This document shows, one piece after another, positions 1-10,700 of a stretch of 64,000 bases of DNA. Under the pieces are notes generated by a model, which saw nothing but the letters and a program-made list of their open reading frames with translations, was not told the origin of the DNA and searched no databases. How positions within the stretch are numbered: the stretch's first letter is position 1; every line of letters begins with the position of its first letter. The stretch spans positions 1 to 64,000 of the forward strand of contig DF237041.1 of NCBI GenBank assembly GCA_000708835.1, written 5' to 3'. A program made the position numbers and the translations under genes. The stretch is from Klebsormidium nitens (Eukaryota; Plantae; Klebsormidiophyceae).

Positions 1-47
1 GTGAATCCACCATTGAGGCTTTCATTCGGCAAGGTCCTCAGGGCGCA

Positions 48-1646
48 ATGGGTGAGTCTCGCTCCCCTTCTCCTGCCGGCTCTCCCCCCATGGTGCACCC
101 AAAAGATATCGACCTCGAGTCCTCCCCTCCCCGCGATCCTTCGCCGCCTCCCCGTGACCGCTCCCCGGAACCGCGCCGCGAGTCTCCAAATGTTCGTGAA
201 GACCGGGACGTAGAAAGGTCTCCTAGACGTGAAAGGTCTCACACGCGCTCTCCGGTGCGAAGGCCGCGGGACCCTTCACGGTCGGTAACTCCTGTCAGGC
301 ACAGCTCCCCGCCCCCTCGTAGGGCGCGCGAGAGGAGCAGAGAGAGGAGCAGGGAGCGCTATCGGGAAAGGTCACCAGAGAGGAGCAGATACAGGTCGCC
401 AGACAGGGACAGGAGAAGGGACTACGACAGGAGCGATCGTGGAAGGTGAGGCTTTAATAACTACCAAGTCTATACGAGCCTTTTCAACTTTGTGTTCTTC
501 AGCATTATCTGTCGTTTGATGGGTAAGTCGAAGTGATATGTCCAATTGTTTACCAGAGAGTCTACTGACTGGAAAATGCAAAGCAAGTGACTTTGATAAA
601 ATACAATGTAGTTGCAGAATATGTGCCATCTTGCTGATAGTTGGCCCCGAGTAGTGCTGACAGCAATTTAGGCTGGTGCACATCAGCCATCGTCTGCATG
701 CATTGAGATGTCGATCACGTCGACCACTCTCAATGTTGGACCACCCTTATCACATCAGTCGGTCAGCTCGTTCGCTTTCGCTTTCGCTTTCTCTTTCAGC
801 TTCTTGTGATGGTGGTACTTCACCCGTTGCCTGACCAACTTAATGAAAGCCCACAGACATCTGCTAAGTGCGTGTTTAGTATAGGCATGTTGAGCATTTG
901 ACCATCTGTTGACCAAGTGCTAGCGCCAATGCTTTCTTTCTTATCAGGTCTCGTTCTCGGGAGCGAGGAAGAACAAGCGACCGGAATCGTGGCAAAGGGG
1001 CTTACAGGCCAGGCAACACGGTCTTTGTGGCGGGCTTCAACTTCATCACGACAGAAAAGGATCTCGATCGGAAGTTCTCCAAGTATGGGCGGGTGGTGGA
1101 CGTGCGGATTGTGAAGGACAGGAGGTGTGTCTAGCTTGTCAACATTCTGGTTCGCCTGAGCTTTGGCAGCTGCTCAGGCTTACTGTGTCAAAGCTGCAGA
1201 GTTTGCGTTCTGGATACTTTTCGCTTCTGGACAAACTGGCTCTTCATATGTATCTTTTCCCCATGGCCCCAGTTGCTTAAATGCTGGCCAATCTTCCCTA
1301 TCTGCGGTGGCCCTCTCTTTGAACACGCTGCTCATGGTTCAAGTGGATGGAACAATGGTAGGACCAAAAAAGTGGCTCTGTCTTTTGGCCAGCTTGGATT
1401 TCAGTGATGGGGCATCAGAGCGTCATTTCGATGTAAGTATGGCATCGTTCTTGCACCTGTATTTCTGCTTGTTCCTTGGCATTCTGACCCGGCTTCATGC
1501 TTTGCAGGAACGGGGAGTCCAAGGGTTTTGGTTTTGTCACCATGGAGACGGACGAGGACGCTGATGAAGCAGTGGACAAGCTGGATCAAACCACGTGGAA
1601 CGGTCGGGTGGTGCTTGTGGAAAAGGCGAAAAGCGACAAGCGCTGA
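48..1646 (+). CDS. Serine/arginine-rich splicing factor with N-terminal RS region and C-terminal RRM (SR45a/Tra2-like), 237 aa
   Basis: join(48..445,948..1124,1508..1646); GT-AG introns, frame preserved. RS/RE-rich exon 1; RRM with RNP2-like VFVAGF and RNP1 KGFGFVTM; ends VLVEKAKSDKR*. Confidence 0.88.
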
Positions 1647-3181
1647 TTGCGCCCTTGGTTTGGTCGCAAAGGCTTTGAAGAAAGAGGTTGGATGCTCTGA
1701 TATTGTTAGGTTGCTACGGTTTACTCTTTCAAGGTTCACTTCTCGCGTAGGTATTTGTCGAAGTAGGGGTCTCATCTCTCTGCGATGGCATCCCGATTCG
1801 GTGGTTGTGATGTCCGGCCATCATTCGTTAGCACGGGCACTTTTTGAACATTCCTTCTCTTGCTAGTCTTTCAACTGCAGGGGGACAGACTTGAGGAGAC
1901 CTTAATGGCACTTCATCCATCTTCGTACCCACGTCTTCATCTCCGTACCATGCTGTACCATTGTCTACCTGCGTTACGTGTACCCATGCTCGAGTACCTT
2001 GCTCAATTCGTACAACTCAAGTACCTCGTGTGGCATTGGACCGAACCTTGGATTGGGCTAGGCTCGAGTTCGTTGTACCTTCGCAACAGTGACGGTTTTC
2101 ACGCCGCTTCACAAGGTAAAGTCCTTTCTTTCCGGCAAGAAGTTATGGAGATGCTAGGTCAAGGGCACAATCCACTCATGCACCCTGGTTGTGATATCGA
2201 AGCTGTACTTCCAAAAAGCGGTTGCCCGCAAACAAAGCTCTTGTCAGCTTCCTTGTGTTTGTGATGTCGATCAGGCTATCCCATTTGCTCGGATCCGGGT
2301 GGACAATTTCCTTTTCATTCGGTAACTTTCTCTTAAAAGCGGGTTGAGTATCTGACTCGGACCGTACGTACTTCTGGTGGGAGCATTGGTCCAACCTTCG
2401 TTCATCTTCGTCGTTCCAACAATTAGCACGTTGATTTACAGCAGAGTGCCCAACTCTGTGACGACACGGATTAAGGGCTTTCTAAAAGCACGAGATACGA
2501 CCAACGTGTGTTTAGTGGATGTGCCAATGACAAGGGCTCATCCTCGGACGTTTGTGGTGATTCTTTGCAAATCGGAGATGAGGTGGCAACTTGTAACATG
2601 TTGTACTTTATCTCATGCATGTGTCTGGCAGCCGTGCATTTCTCTAGCATACCATGCTTTGGTACAAAGTAATATCAACAGCAAAGATTGTCATATGCGA
2701 ACTGAATCATGAGAATTTTGTGCGTAAAACTCACTTCGGAGATTGAATATTGCAGTTGGATGCATGTAGTGGCTGGCTTTCATTAGGCTGACGCAGGCGG
2801 CCATGCCGCATGGTTGATACGTTCGACGTCCGGCCTAGCTTCCCGGAAGCTAGGTTGATTGATTCGAGTGCATCAGCTTTCTTCGAACGAGGTTCGTGGC
2901 AAATTGACATGCTCGCATCCAATACGCGCCTCCGGCCGACTCAAGGTGCTTGCATGATCATTGCAAACTAAAGATCGATGGGCCCCGCCGGCACAGACCC
3001 GTTATTATGGGTCATTCTGTTGATAAATACACTTATATTGAGCATCATGGCGGCATATATGCGACTGAGTCTAAGCCTTGAAGTCTATTAGAGGCGGCCA
3101 CGCGGCCCGCGTTGCTAGGTTTTAAGACGTCACATCCGAAAATCGGACGTAACATGATATAGTCATAACTAAGTCATCGCT

Positions 3182-3316
3182 TGCCGGCAATCGATATCGA
3201 TGGTAACTTCTCATTTATTAACGCCCTTAGCCACATTAGAGCCATGGAGCACGGTCTCCGGCAGACCCGGGATAGTTTGTTGACTCTACAGCTTGCTACA
3301 GCTGTAAGTCATGTCC
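3182..3316 (+). repeat. Dispersed repeat, copy 1 (second copy at 32883-33013)
   Basis: gatggtaactt..tttattaacgcccttagcc..ggagcacggtctccggcagacccgggatagtttgttgactct.cagcttgctac..aagtcatgtcc occurs in both places in the same orientation. Confidence 0.85.
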
Positions 3317-3523
3317 GGACTCAATCTGACTCTACGAAAATCAAAGCTAGAGTCCTTCAATGAACATATGCATAAGCGACACGTCACTACCATGCGAATA
3401 CGTTCAATGTCCGACTCGATTCCTACGGCATGTTAGCTAACTCCCGAAACTGGCTATAGGCCTCTTCAGTTACACGACGAGTGGCTTAAATTTGCCCTTT
3501 ATTTATGACCAACTACAACGATT

Positions 3524-4080
3524 CTACTCCTCGGCATTTTTGCCCTTGGTGATGCGTTTGTAGAGCAGGTCCATAATGGTGTCGATTTGGTCACGGGCCT
3601 TGTCGCCTGGGTCGGCCGCGTCCTCGGGAGATGCTAGTAGTGCTGCCGCAGCTTCCGCAGCGGCACGGGTGTGCTGCAGAGCATTCTCCGTGTGCTCGGT
3701 GGTTGTTTCCTCGGTTGTTTTGGTTGCACCCTTGGGGTTTGGGATGCAGTGCTCGATGACGAGGCCTTTGTCCATGACGTTCTGGCGGATGGGGAGGTAT
3801 TCCTCCCAAGCGACATCGCGGTCCTTACGCGAGCCGAAGCATGCTCCCCATGTGCGCTTTGGCTGGCCGCGCTTGGTGAAGAGGCGCCAGTGCTCCACTC
3901 GGGAGTTGATCGATCATGATTTGCAAATAATGATTGGGGCGGGGCCAGCGGGGCAGGTCATGGTCTCTTTTCAAATACGCCGTAGCCAAATAGGCCATAG
4001 GCTTCAGGCTCATGCCAGGCGCACAAATGTTTTGAAGGTCATCCAGGGCAGATCTACTAAACAAGGAAAATTTCACATTC
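3524..4080 (-). pseudogene. Decayed ORF of unknown family (possibly TE-derived)
   Basis: 124-aa open frame at 3898-3524 (EHWRLFTKRGQPKRTWGACFG...IDTIMDLLYKRI). Upstream, the same frame continues as protein-like text interrupted by several TGA codons. No family recognised. Confidence 0.3.
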
Positions 4081-4576
4081 ATATGGCATGCGTCGATATC
4101 CGACCGTTGCCTTACAATACTTGTAGGTTCGAACTAAAAAAAATCGGAATAAGTTTTCACTGCAAGCACCTGCAACTTACACATGTGGCGGCCAGATCAT
4201 GAACCTATCGATCTCAGTCTTGCAAGATGCTGGCACGTGGCGCCAGTATTGTTCGGATCACGCCTGCATTGAGACCAGCGTGGTATATTGCAGTACGCTG
4301 TGGATGATGGTCAATTGCCAGCGGTGTACGTGCATGGTGTTCATTGAACAGGCCGGCCCATCAGGCACTGACACATCACATGTGTCGTTCTCAACTTGCC
4401 AGTGCATGTCAGAACTTGCGGCAGTCGAACTCTCCCCGGCCACAATCGTTCATCTAGAACTGCTTTGCTATATAAACGAATCTGAACTGTTGCAAGATGT
4501 CAATTGGACAAGGCTGGATGCGATAGAAGCTTACGCTTGACCAGCATCACATCAAGTAGGACTTTGCAACTGCCTC

Positions 4577-6457
4577 TTATTGTTGCTGCCCAGTTTTTCG
4601 GCGCTCCTCCAAACGTCGCTTCTCCTCTTCAACGGCAGCAAGCATGTTCTCCAACTCGGCCTCCGGGAGCTCCTCCAACCTCTTCTTCATCACCTCTTCC
4701 TCATAGGACTGCAAGTCGATCCACAAGGTCAGGTTTGAAAGGTATCCAGATAAGAACAGTCAATCAGAACTTGGTATTTTTCCCAAACCTTCTCAGCCTT
4801 CAGAAACACCTCAGAGGCAGTGTGCATCCAACAAGAAAATCAAGACAAAGGAGCTGAGCGTTGCAGTGGCAGTACCTTCAGTTGCTTCACGTATGTCATC
4901 TCCTTGTTGGCCACTCGGAAAACATAGCTGAAGACCCACAGGATCATCAATCCCAGTACAAAGCTAATCTGGATCACATTCCCCGCCACCAGCGGGTCCA
5001 CTCCTACAGCCTGCGAAGAAACAGGACAAACTCTTGTTGATCAAGATAACTTGGCAGGGCTGCCTTCCCCCTTCCTTTCTTGTATAAGACACGTAAGGCG
5101 ACCCCAGACATGCGTCGAATAAGAGGGAGCTTGTTTCTTCTGATTGTGTCCACGATGGCGTCTGCAATGGGTACCAGAAAAGCTCAAACGCGGCTCTGTT
5201 CTTATAGGCGCAATCCATGACCAGCACTTCCGCTTCAATAAGCCTGACACAGCGACCCCGGGAGGCCACAACCCCAACGTAGTTACCTTGGAACATATGC
5301 CTCACCGCAAAGTGCGGTGCAAAAATTGCAATCGGATAGAGCTCATCGATCCGTCTGGATACGAGTCGAGGGGGATTCATGAATCTTGATTAGCATCTTT
5401 GAGGAACTCAGCAGTTTGTTATGCATAGGCTTCAGCTTACCTCCAGTCCATACTTGAGGGCAAAGCCGGCCACGATAACCCCAAGCCCTAAGACCAGCAC
5501 ATCTTTTCTTGTGTAACCAAAAGGTGCCTGCAAGGTCAATGCGTTGCGTTGCATTTTGGTGAGACGGTGGTCGATGCTGAGGCACATTTGCAGCCCTTTA
5601 AGCAAGCGCAAGAGGAGTTGCGGCCATTAGATGCGAACGAATTCAAACCCCCATGTGACCGGTGCTTCGAGCAACAAACTTCGCAAAGGCTTGACATGTT
5701 CTCCCAAGTGCGTGAGGGAAAACGTAGTGCGACCACCACTGAGCGTCATTGTGTTCTCTGAGATTCTGGAAATTTTGTGGAACCCCAGCTCGCACAGCTC
5801 CGGATATCAATGAGAGGTGGCCACCGTACTTGAGAAACACAAGAACTTTCCAGCTTCCATTTGATAAAGTTGTGGACAAGATTTTCATGGCTGCAAAAGG
5901 TGTCTTAGCAGAACAACATCAACTGTAGCCAATTTAGCTCAGAGTGTTCGATGAGCAACGAACGACTGTCTGGTCCACGCCCAACTTCAATTATGGAAAC
6001 ACGTAAGTTATTTCTGGTTGCGCACAGCATTTACATCCTTGCGTACCTTAACATGCTGTAGCACTTCATTCCCTGATTTTGAACCTTGCAGTATGCAAAC
6101 ACTTGGCTGGGTGTGGCGTAACAGGTCAGAAAGACTCACCTTTCCTGAGCCTGAATCAGTTTCGCTGTCCGCATTAGCTCGCACGCTGATTCTTCTAGAA
6201 TTCTTTACGGACTTTGGCGCAGAGCCCCATTGAAAAGAGAGGGCGGGCTGCTTTAGAGCACCCTGATGGATGGCTGCCGAACCAATGTTCCGTGTAACAG
6301 AAGAGCGCTTTAGATGCCTCTCCTTTAAGAAGCTCTGGCCACAGCAGAAACTGATACAGCTCGACTGCTGTGAGGTCGAAGGCAAGGTCGATTCATGCTT
6401 TGCTAGTGTCGCCAATGAGCAGGATAGAGGATGGTGCAAAGCGCACGAGGCCGCCAT
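4577..6457 (-). CDS. DUF3007-family plastid-targeted membrane protein, 223 aa
   Basis: complement(join(4577..4708,4876..5010,5441..5527,6140..6457)). Transit-peptide-like exon 1, then PFGYTRKDVLVLGLG..GVDPLVAGNVIQ..YVFRVANKEMTYVKQLKSYEEEVMKKRLEELPEAELENML, matching the cyanobacterial/plant DUF3007 pattern as I recall it. Confidence 0.85.
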
Positions 6458-7754
6458 GGTGGAAAGTCGGCTCTAGCTGCTACGAGTCGTACGACACACT
6501 GACAGTCACTGAGACTCAGAGGCTCAGGCGGCTGCGATGACGCCGGGTCGAGGGAATCGTTGAAAACTTTAGATGATTTTGAGCCGTTTATTCATTCATC
6601 AAGTTTTGGATGGCCTAGATCGTCGAGTACCTTTCCTTCATCGTATTCGTGCCAATCCTGTTGTACCAACTTCGCCAAGTCTAGTTGGTGGGCGCGAGGG
6701 TTTCGATCTGATCGTCATGGTAGCGTCAGCGAGATTCAATGGCATCATTGGGGTCTCCACGCGTCAGCAGGTCAACTAACCGTCTCGTCAGGATACACGT
6801 GTTTTCCGCACTTTTCGGGATCTTCCGACGCCCACACATTTTTGGTGCGCGAAAGCTCAGCACTTGATCCCCCTTTTGTCAAAACGGGGGCTGGAAGACA
6901 TGCCAGAATGCGTGATTAAGTAGAAGAAATCAACGAGGCATGAATTGTTCAGGGGGGATGCATCGTCAGCTCCTCCGACATTTTCAGCGCCCAAAGCAGG
7001 ATTGAGACGCGGCAGGCTGCACAGATCTGGTCGGGCTTGCGTTCTCGGTATGCGGCGAGTGGCAACCGCCGGCCGGCATGCACATCATGTTCGGAGTCCC
7101 CATGCGGCGGAAAGTGCCCGGTGAACGAATTACTAGGAATGCGAGAGGTCTGCCGACAGCTCAGATTGTGGCCGGGGACATGCATCCGGCCGATCATCGT
7201 TGACATTTACAAGGACCCGGCGTGAGTCTGGAGTCTGGACTCTGAGGAGGAATGCAATCAGCAATGCACAGCGGCAGGAGGAGCTTGCAACAAGCTGGAG
7301 ACTGTACCGGTATCATGGCGGTGCGCAAGCAGGATTGGTAGACAAAGAGAAGCTTTCGATCATGCAATGGGGCCCAGATGTTGCGACCGATGCGCAATTA
7401 ATGATCATGGTGCAAAGAGACGCGGCATGGAGCCGCTGCAGGACTTTTGATCAGGTCACCTTACTTTGCAACTTACGGTAGAAGTGCAGGGAGGCGTTGG
7501 AGAAAGCTGAAGCTCGGGGTTCAGCTTTCAGCTGGCTAGGTAATTTGTGCAGTAAGGGAACGATCGGAATGGAGTACGTTAAACAGATCCCCACGAATTG
7601 AAGGTGGTGGCCAATGGCTTCTCAAGCTCTGTGCACTAGTTGCAGATTACAGCATCAGTGAAGGCGGTGTTCGTGTTCTTCGTTTGAGAGGCTCGCCAAG
7701 TCATCGTCAGCGCGAAACTTGTGTACTTTTGCCACATTCCTCATGCTGGCCTTG

Positions 7755-10700
7755 ATGGAGCCAAGCTTCGGGCCAAGTGCATATCAGAGTCAGGTGAGCA
7801 TATTGCTGGATAGCTGGTCAGATGCCCTGCTTCCTCATTTTCAATCACAAGCTGCTCCTTCATCTGGACATGTGTAGGCTTGTGTAGGTTGCAGGGACTG
7901 GGACTGATTACCTGGTGGTTGAATCTGTTGTACTTCTAAGCTGCTTCCTTCATGGAATTGTCCTCTTCTGATGTTACTGATCGATGCCTTTGTTGATTCC
8001 AAGCTGCTTTTTGCCCCCCAGGAGATATTTCACCATATTAAGATCAGTTTTGACTTTTTAACAATAATCAGAGGCTTCTGCTAGGAACTTCAGGTTTTTG
8101 TTTGTCTGAATTTCTGAATGATGATTGTTCCTACAAGACAAAGGCAAAATTCACATACCTTGTGAAAGATACAATCTTGTTATTCACAGCTTTGCTTGTC
8201 AACTTGGTGATTGACTGTGAAGTATGTCTTTTCAATAAACCTCTCATTCAATGGTGGATTGGTATCTAACAGAAAAATTACAATCATTTGTTCAATTCAG
8301 CCATGGAGACGGCTCTGGCTGAGCCTCCTTGTGCCCTGGTGCCATTGCACCACTATGATGAGGTTCTGATTGAGCTCGGACTGTGCCACTAAGGTCGACG
8401 ATCAGTTCACAGTGATGTCGCTGTTGTAGATGGCACTTCAAGGAATGCAACTGGTGCGGCATGTTTTGGAGGTTACAAATGACAAAGTGATTTGTAGTGA
8501 GATTAAATGAAAGCCAAGGCCTGTCTTGGTTTCGGTTGACTCTGTCTTGGGTTGAGGTTGACACTCTCCTTGTCTCCCATGATTTGCGTCAGGCAGAGTA
8601 CATGTTTCAAATTGGTCAGTGAGGTTGCTTGTGGTCGAATCATTTGCAGCTTCTTTTGAAAGGAGATAAACCCTGTACTTAAGGATAGGTGACGGTCTGC
8701 ATAATCGTAGGTTCATAGCTTGGGGCATCCTGGTGTACCTTTTGAAAGCTACAGTACTACAGTTGAAGGGAATTGGGGCTTCAAATCATGTGTTGACAAT
8801 GAAATTCCTCGAGAAAAAAACATCCATGACCTATCAAACATGACAGGTGCAGGCTCTCAGCCAGGTTTGGTAAGATGCACACAGAGGGAAATGTTTGCTC
8901 TGATCACTATTGAGCCCCTGCATTGCTCCTCTAATGTTCTTCTTATCCTCAAACCTTTTCTCGTGCAGGTTCCAGCTCGGGAGCTGGATTTCTGGGAGGC
9001 CAAGATGGACGCTGACAGGTACTCCCGCGGATCATTTGCGGAGGAGCGGAGATCTCAAGGTGCGCAATGGATTGCAGTGTGGAAGTTTCAGATCAATCCA
9101 AGTTGTTTGTGAAGAGAACTCAGTTGCGTCCTCGATTTCACCATCTGACCGTGTTTACCAGGAATCAGTCAGCACACCTGGCCTGCAGCAATTCCTCTGT
9201 CCCAACTGCGGTTAGGTTTGGCAGGTACAGGAGAACACCCTGTTTGTGAATATATATTCTCTGGGGTACACTGCGTTCCATTCCTGTTTCACTATTCCAG
9301 CACTCAGAAAAATGGAAACATGGGAAAACATACTGAAACGTTGACCTCATACCGAGTTCGTCAAACTACATTGCCAGAAATTGAAGGCGCCAGGAATATC
9401 AGAGCGTTGTCAAATCTAGCTCAATCTTACCAGGTCGCGGATCCTAAAATTTTGAACGACGAAAGCTTTCATTGCAGGTCCCCTGGAATCCAGCAGCTAC
9501 AACATTCCCAGCTCCCGGGGGTTCCGTGAACCCTACTCCCAACCCCCCCCGGAACAGAATTGGGCTGCCTATGGCTCATCTGGGTGGTCGCTTGGCATGG
9601 CTGAGGCCCAGGCAAATCCAAACAGGGGGCTTCAGGCCTCTCTTGAGGACCTGCACCGAAGCCTATCGTCCATCCCCCCAAATGGAACCAGGGGGGCAGA
9701 GTGGGGCCATGGCTTGGATGGCAGGGCGGTCGCCAACGGCTGGGGGCCAATTGGCGAGGACAGGGGAAAGGCAGCCGGTGTGAATGTGCCCCGGAGCGAG
9801 GGCCTCGTAAAGGTCCCGAGCTATCGTGATGTGTCGCGGGACGGGTTGAAGAAAGAGGCTAGTGAACAGAAAGTGGAAGCACAGACGAAAACAGAAGAGC
9901 AGGCGTCTCCTGGAAAGGAAGGAAGTACCCCACCGGATGAGCGGACGGACGATGTCCAAAAGAAGGAAGGGAAGGAGGGGCAAGCTGCTGCGGAGACGGA
10001 GGAGAAAGAGCAAGCGAGCGAGGGGGGAGTAGAGGTTGTGGGGAGCCCTAAGGGCATTGTTGAGGCGTCCGTGGACTTTTCAAGCTCCTTCCCCAGCCTG
10101 TTCAGTAGTAAATGTGAGCACAATTTCGTCTGAGTTGTCGCTCTCGAACTTAGGCTGCTGAACTTTTTTTCTGGTTGCTGTTCCTAAGGAGCGACACTGT
10201 CAAGAGGGGGGCCCAATGCCATGCTTCAAAGGGAGTGCTGCTGATCATTACCTCTCGTATCTGCGGCATCGGCGGTTGTGATGGGGTCTGGAGCCAAAGG
10301 AGCCATAGAAACCCATGCGCTCTGTATGTTTTCGCATCCTTGACGTCGGACATGACCAGATTGACTTCTGAGATCGACTAGGGTATCTGTTTGCTTGCTT
10401 CTGATTGAAATGGCACCCCAACTGCCGGAAGAGTTCGTCAAAGTCTGTTACACTGTTTGTGCGATGAAGGAGACCGTGCTCAAGGAGGCACAATTTACTT
10501 TTCATTTTCTACCGGCTACTCTTGCTCATTCCAGTTTCGTGTGTCAAGATTTACTTAGACTTCATCAGGAGAACCTGATCGATTATGTGAAATCCTGGCC
10601 TCCCATCGCTCTCTTCACAGGCTTTTTCTGGCTGGTCATCAAATTTGCCTCATTACTCTTCCCCGTTTTCCTGAACTTCGACTCTTCTTTGCCACTGCAG

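Noticed and set aside
4790-4835. Apparent small exon MHTASEVFLKAEK with a GT donor in the DUF3007 gene
   Set aside because: Homology runs directly from YVKQLK to SYEEEVMKK, so this segment is intronic.
7037-7225. Cys-rich ORF upstream of MEI2 as a possible conserved uORF
   Set aside because: It starts at TTG with no in-frame ATG, no family was recognised, and I cannot show it lies in the transcript.
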